From Octopus sinensis (Eukaryota): a stretch of DNA of 64,000 bases. Of this stretch, positions 25,672 through 39,145 are shown piece by piece; positions within the stretch are counted from its first letter, which is position 1; every line of letters starts with the position of its first letter. The DNA is taken from contig NC_043005.1 of NCBI RefSeq assembly GCF_006345805.1, positions 7,192,001-7,256,000 on the forward strand, read 5' to 3'. Under the pieces are notes generated by a model. The model was not told where the DNA came from, made no database searches, and saw only the letters and a program-made list of their open reading frames with translations. Position numbers and translations under genes: made by a program.

Positions 25672-26018
25672 CATATGTATATATATGCATCCATATATAT
25701 GCATTCATGTATATGTATGCCTATATACATTTTTGTATGTATATATATAGATATATTTGTATATATGTGTGTGTATACGTATGCGTATATATATGTATAT
25801 ACATGCATATATATGTATATGTTTGCATGTTGATATATATGTATACATATATATATGTACATGTATGCATATATTTACGTATGTCTATGCATATATATTT
25901 GTAAGTGTATGCATGTATATGTATGCATATATCTGTATATGTATACATATGTTTATATATATTTATATATGTATGTATGGTTATATGTATCTGTGTGTAT
26001 ATATATATATATATATAT
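23369..26018. repeat. Degenerate (TA/TG/CA)n purine-pyrimidine-alternating tract, ~2.65 kb
   Basis: Almost strictly alternating R/Y sequence with local ~28-30-bp higher-order units (atgcgtatgtatgcatgtgtatatacat near 25220-25350). Confidence 0.95.
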
Positions 26019-26020
26019 AA

Positions 26021-26615
26021 ATCCTTAAATCCTTAAAAATGTTTTAGCCCGAAGGCCGCGGCCGTGCTGGGGCACCACCGCTGAATGAGCTACACTAGTT
26101 TGTGAATCCACCTCTGATACGTGGCACTTGATCAACAAGGGAGTTCGATGCTGCTGCCCGCATCCGTGTCTCCTGTCGTGAGGTAGGTTCATCTGGGACT
26201 CCCAACAAGAAGAGATCCAGTTTAGTTTTAAAGAAACCCACATCCACACCATGTAAGTCTCTCAGGCATTTAGGGAGGATGTTAAAGAGCTGTGGTCCTC
26301 TGAAACCCAAGCTGTTGCAGTATCTGGACCTGTATTTTGATGGTGATGTTGGAATCCTTGGCACCACGCAGCGGCGCCCCGTTCTGCGGTTGGAGTAACT
26401 TTGAATGCCAAAGTTTGGGACAAGACCCTCCAGGATTTTCCAGATGTATATCACTGCATATCTCTCCCGCCTCCGCTCCAGGGAGAAGAGGTTTAATACC
26501 TTCAGTCTTTCCCAGTAGCTGACATTTTGCATTGAGACGATTTTCTTTGTGTAGCTTCTCTGAGTTGCTTCGAGTTCTGCTGTTTGTTTTATATTGTGTG
26601 GTGACCAGTGTGTAT

Positions 26616-26659
<44 letters not shown>

Positions 26660-27546
26660 ATGTATGTATGTATATATATAAATTATGTATTTGTATATAT
26701 ATTTATACCTAAATGTATAAATATATACATATATATATACGTACATATTTCTATATATGTATATGCATATGTACATATATTTACATACATGTATGCATAT
26801 GTATATATATGTATATATATACATGTGTATATCTATGGACCTCTGTATACATATGTGTATGTATATATATATGCATGTATATTATATATATATGTACATA
26901 CACATACATGTGTATGTATGTATTTATACATATATATATATATATATATGCATATGTATTTGTATACTTATGTATATGCGTATGTATATATGTATGTATA
27001 TGCGTATGTATATATGTATATATATGCCTATGTATATCAATATATATATAAATGTATAGAAATATATATATATGTATATGCGTATGTATATATACGCATA
27101 TGTATATAAATATATATATATATGTATAGAAATATATATGTATACATATAAATATATAAATGCATAGAAATATATATGTATACATATAAATATATAAATG
27201 CATAGAAATATATATGTATACATATATATATATAAATGCATAGAAATATATATGTATATGTATATAAATATATATATAAATGCATAGAAATATATATGTA
27301 TGTGTATATAAATATATATATAAATGTATAGAAATATATATATATATACATATATATACGTATATAAATATATATATAAATGTATATAAATATATATGTA
27401 TGTATGTATATATATAAATGTATAGAAATATATGTTTATGTGTATATATATATATATATATATATTTATATCTATACATAATTGTATATATATATATAAA
27501 TATATATGTATGTATATATATAAATGTATATAAATATATGTTTACG

Positions 27547-27581
<35 letters not shown>

Positions 27582-28982
27582 ATACATATATGTATGTCTC
27601 TCTCTATATATATATATTTCTATATCTATATACATTTATACGCACTGATTTTGACTCAAGAATCGCAATTATTCCTGTGCCAGTGTATCCAGTATGCATG
27701 TCGTTTACCTCTGTGTGCCGGTAGCGCAGGGCTTGGAACTTCCCAGTATTAAATTGCATGTTGTTTTCCTCCAGCCACCTGCATTTTGTATCTGACTCCC
27801 ATTGCAGATGTGCAATATTTCCAGGTTTTTGTATTGTCTGAGAGACTTTTGTGTCATCTGCATAGCTAGCAACGTTGGCCATCTTCGCAACTGAGGGCTT
27901 GTCTGAAAGGGCCACTATGATCAGCAGTGGACCTAGACAGTGCTCCCTGGAACACGATTTGTTATTTGTGTTTTCTTGGAGGTTGCTCCATTGGCCACCA
28001 CTGCCTGCATTCTATCTTTTAGGAAGTTGTGCAGCCACTCTCTAATTTTTTCCGCCTATGCCGAGATCACGTAGTTTGTGACAGATCAATCCATGGTCCA
28101 CTTTATCAAAGGCTTTTGCAAAGTTCAGATATATAACATCCACACTTGAGCCATTTAGTAGCTGTTTTAACACCCATTCATAGTGTTGCAGGAGCTGTTT
28201 TAGCTTCTACCTGGTTGAAATCCATGCTGGGTGTCATTCAGCAACGCATTTTCTTCAAGGAACATGATTAGTTTCTTGCGGACTATTTGTTCCATGACTT
28301 TGCTGATGTGTGATGTCAGAGAGATAGGCCTATAATTTTTAGCATCTGCTCTGCTTCTTCCCTTATGGATACGGCATATTTTCCCTTCTTTCAATTTGAC
28401 TGGGATCTTACCACTTGCAAGAAAGCTCTGGAAAAGAAGCTGTAACGGTTTTGCAAGTGCTTGTTTGCAGCATTTGAGAAGGATCGCTGGAATTCCATCA
28501 GGTCCAGCAGCTGAGTTTGTGTTAATCTCATCTATGGCCAGTGTGATATCATCATCTTCAATGTTGATGTACTCAATTTTTGCCTCTTTGGCTACAGGTA
28601 AAGTGGCAAAGGATTCTTCTGGTTTGTTTACTTGCCTGTGTCCTAGAGGTGTAGTGAACACACTTTGGAACTGTTCATTCAGTATTTCACTTATCCTCAT
28701 GGGATTTCCTGTGAGAGAACCATCTTTTTGGAAGAGAGGTCCTATCCTCTGGCACACTGCGGCCATCTCTTTGGCAAACTTTAAGAAGGCTTTAGGGTTT
28801 GACTTGATATTTTCTATAACCCAAGCTTCTGTATCTGCTCTCTCCTTTTCACGAGACTGATGCAGACTTTTCTCAATTTCCATTAGCATTCTCTCGAGGC
28901 AAGATTTCTCACCACTTTTGGTGTGCTTGCTCAGGCGGTTCACAATCCTTGTCCGTCATCTCACGAGAATCTTCCTTTCTCT
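26021..28982 (-). mobile_element. Relatively young CR1-type LINE ORF2, split by a ~1-kb microsatellite
   Basis: Open stretches 28200-28943 (SAAGPDGIP, NYRPISLTSHISKVME, QHGFQPGRS), DFAKAFDKVDHG, YADDTKV, and 26095-26532 (SYWERLKVLNLFSLERRRER) ending at a stop, 3' UTR and (ggatttaa)n tail. Confidence 0.92.
26608..27638. repeat. TA-derived microsatellite/minisatellite inside the CR1 copy
   Basis: Alternating tract with a ~38-bp unit aaatgcatagaaatatatatgtatacatataaatatat repeated at about 27050-27430. Confidence 0.9.
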
Positions 28983-29237
28983 GTGTTCTTGAGCAAGACA
29001 CTTTATTTCATGTTGCTCCAGTTCACTCAGCTGTAGAAATGAGTTGCAATATCACAGGTGCCGAGTTGTATCTGCTGTTGCCTTTCCCTTGGATAACATC
29101 GGTGGTGTGGAGAGGGGAGGCCGGCATGCATGGGCGACTGCTGGTCTTCCATAAACTACCTTGCCCGGACTTGTACCTGGGAGGGTAACTTTCTAGGTAC
29201 AATCCCATGGTCAGTGTCGTGACCAAAGGGGGTCTCA
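28982..29237 (+). mobile_element. 5'-truncated SINE, H2 core + tail T3
   Basis: gtgttcttgagcaagacactttatttcatgttgctccagttcactcagctg nearly identical to the core of 41304-41625, then an unrelated GC-rich tail with hairpins. Confidence 0.75.
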
Positions 29238-29769
29238 GAATTTATGTATTTATATATATGAATACTTAAATGTGTGTGCACGTGTAAAAACACTGGTGAT
29301 GGTATCACGTAAAAAGCACTGGAGCTGGGGCTGTGTAAAACGCTCCTGGTACACTCTGTAAAGTGATTGGTGTTAGGAAGGCCATCCAGTTGTAGAAACC
29401 AAGCCATAACAGACTATGTAACCTGTCAAGATGTCCGACTCCTGCCAGCATGGGAAACAGACATTACATGATGATGCATATGTGTGAATATTTTACATGC
29501 TTACATGTCAATGAGCCTAATCCAGGCTCTTGGTTGCTGGTGTCACATAAAAAGTACCGGTGCCATGTCAATGCACCCATGTGGGTGTTTCACAAAAACA
29601 CCTAATACACCCGGTGAAGTAGATGGTGTTAGGAAGGGCATTCTGCCATTGAAATCATGCCAGAGCAAACATGGAACCTTGGCAGCTCTTTAGCTGGCCA
29701 GCTTTTGTCAAACTGTCCAACCCATGCCAGCATGGAAAACAGACATTAAATGATGATAATGATGATATT

Positions 29770-31392
29770 CTCTTATTTTTTCCTGCTTTGCAGCCCAAAG
29801 GCTATGGCTATGCTGGGGCACTACCAGTATCATCACCTTTATAGCTGTTCTCAAGAGGTTGGCTTGTGTTAAATGTGGGAGTTTGATATTGCTGACTTCT
29901 TTTGGGTACTTGCCATGATGTAGGTTCATCTGAGATCTTTTACTGCAGAAGGTCAAGCTGCTTGTTGAAAGCACTTACCCCACTGTGTGAATTGCTTAGG
30001 TTTTGGGGCAAAATATTAAATAGCTGTGGACATTGAAATCTATTCAAGCACCTTAAATAGCTGTGGGCTTTAGAAGCTATTCTAGAACCTTGTCCTTAAT
30101 CTAGATGGTATGGGTGAGACCTTTGGAACAGTGCAGTGATGTTCTGTTTAGGACTGGTATAACTCTTGATACCAAAGTGTGATGCCTGCACCCCTAGGAT
30201 ATTTCAAATGTATATCACTGCATATTTCCTGTCTTCACTTTAGGGAGTTGAGTCATAATTCTTTCAGTTTCTCCCAATAGCTCAAGTTTTTCATTGATGC
30301 AATCCTCTCGGTTTTGCTGAACTGCCCTAAGTTCCACTACTAAATTCACACTGTTGGATGGCCACAGTTCAGAGCAGTAGTCCAGGCATCTGTCCTCCAT
30401 AAAACCAGCATGGTTTCCCAGTTTTGTGTTCTGAAAGTTCTGAGAACCCATCCAGCCTTTTGCTTGTTAGTTGCAATCTTTCTGATGATATGTACATGTA
30501 ATGAAGTATTGTTGCTTTTATTCAATCCCTAGGTCCTGTACTATATTTGACTCTGGGATTGTGACTGATTTCAGTCTAAAGTATTTTTATTGCAGAGTAT
30601 TAGGACAAGCTGACTGATAACAGAGGTCTTGTAATTTTCCTACATTAAATTTCATGTTGTTTACTTCAACCTGTTTATATATAGCATCTAGTTCTTTCTG
30701 TAGAAGATTAACATGAAGAGAATTCTTGGCTGCTTGTGTTATTGACATAGATAGGAAGAGTGGCTGCCTGTATAACTGACAGTATGTCTGAGAAGGCCAC
30801 TACAAATAGCAGCAGCCCTGAGGCTCTCCCAATTAATGTCTCCTTGGAGAGGGCTCTGTTGGCTACAGCCTGCATTCTATCTTTTAAAAAGTCATATAAC
30901 CACTCTCCTAGTTTCCTACTTTGCTGAGTCCTTGCAGCTTGTAATATATCATCCCATTATTAAAGGCCTTTGCAATATTGAGATATATCACATTCACATT
31001 TTGAGTTACTCATAAGTTGTTTCAACATTGTCTTAATGCTGGAGAAGCTGTGTCTAAGGCAGCTTCTTCCTAAGCAGATGCCATCCCGGGTGTCAGAGAG
31101 CAAGTCATTTTCTAGAAACATAATCAGTTTTCTTCTGACAATTCATTCTATGACTTAGCTGACATGTGAGGTTAGAGAGACAGGCCTATAATTTTTAGCA
31201 TCTGTTCTGCTTCATCCTTTAGAGATAGGACATGTTATGCCCTCCTTTAACTTTCTGGGAAGTCTACCATTTGCCCGGAAGTTTTGGAAGTGAATCTGCA
31301 GTGGTCTTGTTTAGCCTCCATTGCTTTTTTTATAAAGATTGCTTGGAATCCATCTGGACTAGTGGCTGAGTTTAATCTCATTTCATCAGTGG

Positions 31393-31396
<4 letters not shown>
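29770..31396 (-). mobile_element. Older decayed CR1-type LINE
   Basis: [34 protein letters not shown] motifs on minus strand; 3' UTR stem-loop near 29790-29825; many frameshifts. RTE-tailed fragments lie at 29270-29765. Confidence 0.85.
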
Positions 31397-31434
<38 letters not shown>

Positions 31435-34400
31435 CATACACATGTGTATATATAGAAATATGTATATGTATGCATGTATATATATATATACAGACATACA
31501 CATGTGTATATATAGAAATATGTATATGTATGCATGTATATATATATATATATATAATGTACAGGTTGTTCTAGCTTAATTTGACAGCTTGCATAAGGTG
31601 AAAAGGAAACAGAATACCTCACTCAAAAATAAAGTATTTTTTAAAAAATCAAAAATAACAACTTGATTATAGCTGGAAGATGACAGTTTAACTCAAATTA
31701 GCGACCCTCAGCTTCCATCTTTGCCTCAAGACAGCTTGAGAACCTAGCATGTGTCACCTCCCTTGTGTTGATGATAAAATCTCATAAAAAAAAAAAACTA
31801 AATGAAGCCACCATTAATCAGGATACCTTGCCATGATGTCTTGTTGCCTGATAGCTTTATAGCTTTCTAAGGTGAAGATCAGCTGAAGTTTGGTTAAATA
31901 CTTTCTCTTTCAAGTGTCTATCAAGTGACTTGTAATATCACATCTGCCTTTTTTATTTTATTAATACCAAAATGTAAACTTAGTCTATTCTGTATTAATA
32001 AGAATTCCCTCTACCTAAATATCATATAGATCATAATAGAATGATGCTTTGGTGAGGTAGCCGGCATATGGGTTTTCCGAATGGCGTGTTCTATGTTGTG
32101 GTGTCACACATGGCAAGCAATGAAGTTAAGACAGGTTCTGAATACAAGTTGTATTTATATCAACTTGAGTTTAGACTTAGAAGTGAGGATTATGATTAAA
32201 CAAAGAGAAATTTTTTTTTAAGTTGATTTTGTAAAAAGAAGAAAAACTATTTTTAGAATTGTAATCTGCTGTTTAAAACAGAAACCTTACAGAATTTTAG
32301 TAAAAAGTGGGATGCTTAAATGCAAGACTCCACTCTTTGCTTATCAAGGAACTTTGCTATAATTTAAATAAATTGCTTTGCAACATTCATCTTAATTCCC
32401 TGGCAACACTGGATATTTTGGCTAGTGACTCTATGCATTGGGTATAAATCTAGCCACAAAGTTGACTTAAGCTTTCATTCATTCAATGTTGGTCAATTTT
32501 CTGATAAAAATGACGTGAAACCTAGTTTAAAGAAATGATTTTATTGAAATTTTGATGTCAACAAACAAAATTTACTTTAGATTAGGCTTAATCATACAAT
32601 AAATAAGGATTTCTTTGTGTGCTAAGTGTATGAATTGCTAAATGGTTATTTTCCTTTTAAAAATAGCAAGTAAGCCAAAAACAAATAACAAAACAAAAAA
32701 ATTTTAATTGAATTCCATTTGAGGGTTTATTAACTTTTAATAACTCGTTGAAAATTATTTTGAAGTTAAAAGCTCAGTCCTATAATGATTGAGCAGAAAA
32801 TACCTAAAGATGGTTTTGTTTATTCAGATGTTTATAGTGTCTTTACTTGTGGTCAGGTTACTGCGAAAATTGGTAATACTTCCGAAAGGACTTAATTTTT
32901 TTTTTTTTTTTGTAAGTAATTTGTTGTAATAATTTTACATCATAATTAAAACCATTACACTAAAAAATGATGAAGACAAAGAGGCTGATAATAAATTAAA
33001 TGCAATTAGAAATAGACTTAGATACACAAATATTGCAAACAAAATGTTTTTTCTTGACCTTCAGCAACTTATTTACAGGTAAGATGTAAATCGCATCAGA
33101 AACAAAATATTCACAAATTTCAACAAAGCTGACTGCTCCTTTTTCTTCCGCATACAAAATAATATGTTGGGTGACTATCTTGATCAAATCTCAATGAAAA
33201 ATGTTGAAAGAAAAATACTCAACAAGCTTCATATCAATTCTTAAAGCTATTTTTGAACCAACAATTCTTGCAAAAGGTTTAGTGTCTGACCATTCTTCAG
33301 GTGATATTTTATCTAAGTCACTTGATGAAAAATTGGATGAATTGAAACCAGGCATCAAAATGTGCCCACAAGAAATAGATTTATCAACTTTAGCTATCCT
33401 CTTCAAAGTCTTATCTTGAATAAATCAATGAATAAATTATCAAAGAATGATAAGCAGCTATTATTCAAAGGAAAGATACTCCAGAAAAAGAAGAAAACAA
33501 AAGAAATCAGTAGCATATTGGTCAGTGTAAATAATGAACATTACAGAATTAGATCAGAAAGTACATAATTTCCTTTTAAAACAAATATAAGGCCCTCATG
33601 CTTTCCGAAATCCGCCGAAACTTCACCTGATTATATATACACTTTAGATGAGTTGTAGTGCACCTGAGCACTGTACACAATTATTATTATTATTATTATT
33701 ATAAACAAGAGTAGTTTGGTTCGTGTGGTTTCAGAAGGTGACTCACAGACAAATGCAGTGCCATGCAGTTTCATATCATGCTGTACATTAATGATTAATT
33801 TAGCAAGATTTGTCAGGATAGACGATTCTCTTAGATTTTATAAAGTGTGAGAAAAACTAAATTTATTGCTTTCCTCAGTTAAAAAGGAAAAAGTTCATGT
33901 GCTAATTAATGACAATGAATGAAAAAGAGATTGGGCCTCGTAACTGAGCCAGGGATTCTATCATAGAGAAGGTCCAGAGGATGAGAGTCATTTCATTGTA
34001 TAACAGTCAGTTTGTTGTGTTCTTTTGTAAAAAGAAATAAACCATTTTAAAACAGAACTGCATAGTTCCAGTATTCCTATAACGGAATCATAATTGAAGC
34101 TGGCTGAAAAGATTGAAGGAAAACATTTCTTATTTTTTAACTTGAAAAATATACAAAAAAAAAAAATTGATATTATTGCATGTTTTACATGTTCCTTTTC
34201 TTTTATTTTATAAAAATTGAAAAATTTATTTGTACTTCATCTGTCATTAGACAGCAGCTGAAATATTAAAATGACAAATAGAATCATTAATTGCATTTTT
34301 GAGAGACTGAGATAGCAAAATAATTCATAAATCTCTTTTCATAACAATTGTTAAAAATAGAATAAAAAAAAAAAAAGAGGGTAAATGGGAATGCTTTTTT

Positions 34401-36773
34401 CACATAACTGAACTTTCACTGATATAGTAATTTCATATTAACTTGATTATTTATTTGAAAATGAAATAGAGAATATTTCAGCGAAATAAATAATTATTTA
34501 ATCCTTGCTTAATCTAAACTTACTGAATGAAATATTTTGCTAAATGATTGTACAATTAAATTCTTTTAATGCCTTTTCTTTATGGATAAAACACTATAAA
34601 TTACGTTACAAGCATCCTTTCACTGTAATTATATTTATGACAAAACTATTTTGATCAAAGATTTTTCAGTGACTCTTTTCAATAAAAAAAAAATACTTTT
34701 GTCAGATACAATGAAATGTCAGCATGATGAATTTTGTTATGAGTTATGACTATAGAATATGATATTGTTTGTAAATTTCCTAATATTTGTTTAACTGTTT
34801 GCTTTCAAAGAAAAATATTTTCTAGACATGTTTTAGTTAACATTTGATGATCATTCCTGTTTAATTAAATTGGTGTCTGAAAATGATGAAGACTACCACT
34901 ACCAATTTTATCTGATCCCACCACCCCTCTAAAATCATATAAAAATTAAATTCATTTCCTTTTTAACGAGGCAGATCTATTTGTTTTTAGCGTATATTCA
35001 TTTTTAATTAAATATCTAAATGAATTGAACCTCCATTTGATTGTTCATTGCCAGTGCATTTCCTTTTATGCCCTTTGGGTGAAGTGTGTGTTTCTAGTCA
35101 TTTAATGACAAAGAATTAAATAGGGATAGAATTAGTCACAGATTTGTTGAAATCATATTCCTTATTTATCTTTACCCAAGAGACATTGTCCGTTTGCTTC
35201 AACTACGAGCAAAACATGTAGAAAAGAAGTGTCACTGCTATTGTATGCTATAAATATGTATCATGTAACATTCATATGTATTTAGTCTCACTATGAAATT
35301 ATACTTCATTTGACCACAGTTTTTTTTATGCAATTTTAGTTTTTCATTTGACTTTTTATTTATTTAAATTTTTGAATGACTATCAAACTACACAAACATA
35401 CCTTTCTCTTCTTAGTGACCGAATGCTTACAGTTGGAAGTTACTTATTGAAATGTAAAAGATTGTTCTAAGCATAACATTTTCATAGTGATACAAGGTTG
35501 ATTGCCTGGTATTAATTACTTGCATAGAACGTAGATTTACTAGCAATACAGTATGGCTTATCAAATGCCTATATGAAGTCATATCCTTATGTATTTAGTA
35601 CTGTTATATATTAAGTGAAGAGGTAGAAAAATTATAGGTCGGATGGTAAAGAAACCATGTTTAAACTCAACTAATCTTCCTATTGAGAATATGTCTTTAT
35701 TGGCCACACAGGGCTGAACAAAAGCTTGGAGTTCAGACCATTACATTTATAAATATCTACACACAGATAAGCTATAAGCTTTAGTGCTCTATGAAGTTTA
35801 CTGTATAAAACTAGTTTTCTTATAACGAAGGCACAATTGTGTAAAACATCTTGTTGTAAAATGGTATTTAGAAACCTATTAAGTAAAAAAAAAATTCAAT
35901 AAAAGTATGTTGAAAATTTGTGGACAGAAAGTACAATAGCAGAGTGGTGTGTTGGTAGAGCACATTAAATATTTCACAAAATTTAGAATATTTCATGATT
36001 TTCACTTAAAATCCTTGTCGTGATCAACTAAGTTTGTTGCTCATTTTTAGCCTCATATTTATTGGTTAAAAGTTACAATTACTGCAGCTTAAATTCCACC
36101 TCTTCTTTTTCCAGTATTCTAAATGTTGTCTCTCAATCAAAAATATTTGAAGAGTTTTCTTTATTCAGATTGTATTTGCTGTTGTTTATTTTATGCATTG
36201 GTGCAAATAAATAGCAAATATCTTGTCTTTATGGTGTTCAAAAATATCAATCAATAAATGATCAGTCTAATTAGGTTGCTTTCAAAGGAGATGAGTGAAC
36301 AGTTAATTTTGTTGACTCTAATAATGCTGGTATTTATTTTACTGGCCCTGGAAGAATCAAATGCAAAGTAAGCCAATTCTGTGAAAAATAATCTTTTCCA
36401 AACTTCCTATTTTTTAAATCAACCTCTCTCCCAGCTATCAGAGTAACAACACCTATTGTGCTTGTGTAGATGCCTGTTGAGCCATTAGATGAAATGAAGG
36501 ATGCCTCAATGTGGTCACTCAACATGCTAAGAATAGCAACCAACTTTCACTTTTTCAATCACCCTTTTGCCAAGCTTTTGCAATAATGATATCCAGGCCA
36601 CAGAAATAATAGATGCATTAGCACACTTATACCTCTCCCCTCTCATGTAGCCTACACTTACATTTTTACACTCACCCCACTCCATTATTAACGAGATGAA
36701 ATAATTTGCCTACGTATTGTGCTTTCTTCATCATATATATATATATATATACATACACACATATGTATATATG

Positions 36774-38010
36774 CCAGGTGTGAGAGGTATTCGAGGATAT
36801 ATTTTGCAATTTAATAAAACAACTCTAATCTACTACAAACCAACTGTATTTTAATAAAAACTTGTGCCCTTGTTCTTGATAAGCTTTTATCCTAGATTAT
36901 TCTATGAATCCATCTTCAGTTTTGACTGCTTCAGTGTAGGACTTGAATCTTTCATATCCTTGCACTAAATGTTCTTTATTCATTTTCTACAACACATGGA
37001 TGTCCAAATTGGTGGCCTCCAGTGATGCTGTGGTATTGTGAGGATATCAATTAATCACCCTTTCAACAACTCCCCGAATGTAGTAGTCCATGGGATCTAC
37101 ATCTAGCAAGTTTGGAGGTTATAAGTTTGGCATTACATGGTCAAAAATATTGTCTGATGTCTAGTTTTGTGTTACATGGGCCTTTGAGGTGTTGAGTCTC
37201 GCTGAAACATGTATGGCCCTCCACTGCATATTTCATTCGCCCTGGGCTTAACAACATTCTGTATCATCTCGATGTATCCAACGGCATTAATTCTAAAACC
37301 CTCTGGAAAGATGTGAGGTGACATGATATGACTTGCATCACTCACCAATTCTAAACCCATCACTGTTGCTTGAAAATTAGTGTGCATCGCTCTGAGAACA
37401 TCAGAAGGATCTTCACATAACCATTGTCATTTCTTCTATTAAACTTTTTGTTTTGGTCAAATTTTATCTCATCAGAAAAAAAAAAGACCAAAGCATGACA
37501 TGTTGATGAGGGTTTTAACATTGATAAGTTAAACACTTGATACAGATGAAACAGTTTCCTGTATCTTTGCAGACTTGAATTAGCCTCTCCTCAGTACATA
37601 CAACTTGTATTGAATGTCCTTTTGCACCTCAATTCCGATGGTGAACTCAGACACCTGAAATTCTTTATTGATGGCCCTCATTGATTCTTTAGGATCGTCA
37701 ATAATGTTTTGAACTCATTGAATAATATCTCAATGTTTACTTTTTTCTTTTTTTCTTACTTGAAACATTCCCTCTTGGGGCTTCCTATTCCATCCAAACT
37801 TTGCATACAAAAGCTTTTATAACACTTAGAAAGTTGGCAATTTTTAAATCTCTAGATTCTGCACATATGGCAACAATGACTGCATGTCTTTCCATTTCTT
37901 GTGTTGGCATTTTACCTGACATGGAGCATCTGAAAGAAAAAAATACCTTTTTTAATGCATTTGAAGTGAATGATATACTGATAATTGTCCTCAAATCTCT
38001 CTTGTTCCTT
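36774..38010 (-). mobile_element. Decayed Tc1/mariner-superfamily transposon (maT/DD37D-like)
   Basis: MPTQEMERHAVIVAI N-terminus, PHIFPEGFRINAVGYI, YMFQRDSTP, and PPNLLDVDPMDYY (PNSPDLNPLDY-like). A short related end fragment is at about 31558-31850. Confidence 0.75.
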
Positions 38011-38030
38011 ATATATATATATATATATAT

Positions 38031-38334
38031 AACGTGATCACTTCACCGACCAGACCATCAGATGTTGTTACACATCGCTGGTCACAATGTGTTCGCATTG
38101 TTTTAGCCTTCGAATGACGCCACCCCGCTGGCTAAGCAAGCAGGCCAACAGAAGAAAGAGTGGGAGAAAGAGTGGTGAAAGAGTACAGCAGGGATAACCA
38201 CCCCCTGTCGGAGCCTCGTGGAGCTTTTAGGTGTTTTCGCTCAATAAACACTCACAACGCCTGGTCTGGGAATCGAAACCGCGATCCTGCGACCGCGAGT
38301 CCGCTGCCCTAACCACTAGGCCATTGCACCTCCA
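38031..38334 (-). mobile_element. tRNA-derived SINE, head H1 + tail T2
   Basis: 38150-38334 nearly identical to 11155-11340, but 38031-38145 is unrelated to tail T1 and matches the 17836 tail. Confidence 0.85.
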
Positions 38335-38366
38335 CACATATATATATATATATATAATGTGTGTGT

Positions 38367-39145
38367 AGGCATGGTTGTGTAGCTAAGGTCACATCCCAGA
38401 CATGTAATTTCAGGTTCAGTGCCACTATGCAGTACCTTGACGAAATGCCTTTTACTATAGTTCTATAGTGAGTGGATTTGGTAGGCAAAAACTGAAAAAC
38501 GCCTGTCCTGTATAACTTTATAAAAATGCATGTGTGTTTTATTGTTTTCACACAGTAATTGTAAATGAGCATCACTGTCATATAAGCAGTCACTCATTTC
38601 AATCTTCCATGAAACTATGTCCAGCAGCAGCAGCAAATCTACCTCATTCAGTTCGTTTTCACCTGTAGAAGCATGGAAAAGTAGGCATTAAAACAATGAC
38701 AGTGTGTGTGCAGAGAGAGAGAGAGAGTCGGGGAGATGCCTATATGGTCAAGAAACTTCCCAATCACTTGGTTCCAGGTTCAGTCTCACAGTGTTGCATC
38801 TTGAGCAGGTGTCTTCTGTTATAACCCTGTCTGACCAAAGCTTTGTGATAGGATTTGGTAGATAAAAACTGAAAGAAGCCTGCCATATAATGTGTGTTTG
38901 TGTGAGTTGGTGTCTCCTTGTCTTGACGTGGTGTAATTCTTGTAAACAAGTATCACTATCATACAACTGGTGTGCTTTGTTTCCAATCTTCTGTGATAAC
39001 ATGTCTAGGTGTAAGGAAATATTACCTTACTTGGAGATAGGTGAGGGTTAGCAACTGAAGGGCCTCCAATCTACCTCAACAAGTTCCACCTGACCCATGT
39101 GAGCATGGAAAAGTAGGTGTAAATACAACAATAGTGATGATGATT
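38367..39145 (+). mobile_element. Two tandem old SINEs with family-A head and RTE-type tail
   Basis: Family-A head and core (ggttcagtgccact, ggatttggtag...aactgaaa) followed by gcatggaaaagtagg...aaa...gatgatg tails; similar remnant at 41670-41950. Confidence 0.6.

Noticed and set aside
23174-27724. Dozens of long Y/I/C/M/V/H/T-rich ORFs (up to 284 aa)
   Set aside because: Purine-pyrimidine-alternating DNA cannot contain TAA, TAG or TGA, so all six frames are open by construction; these are not genes.
28200-28943. Intact, active LINE ORF2
   Set aside because: Frame breaks near 28200, internal deletion plus microsatellite, and 5' truncation at 28982.
32053-32108. let-7-like 22-mer tgaggtagccggcatatgggtt
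   Set aside because: Only the first 8 nt and a few others match let-7 and the hairpin depends on many G:U pairs and mismatches; would need small RNA reads.
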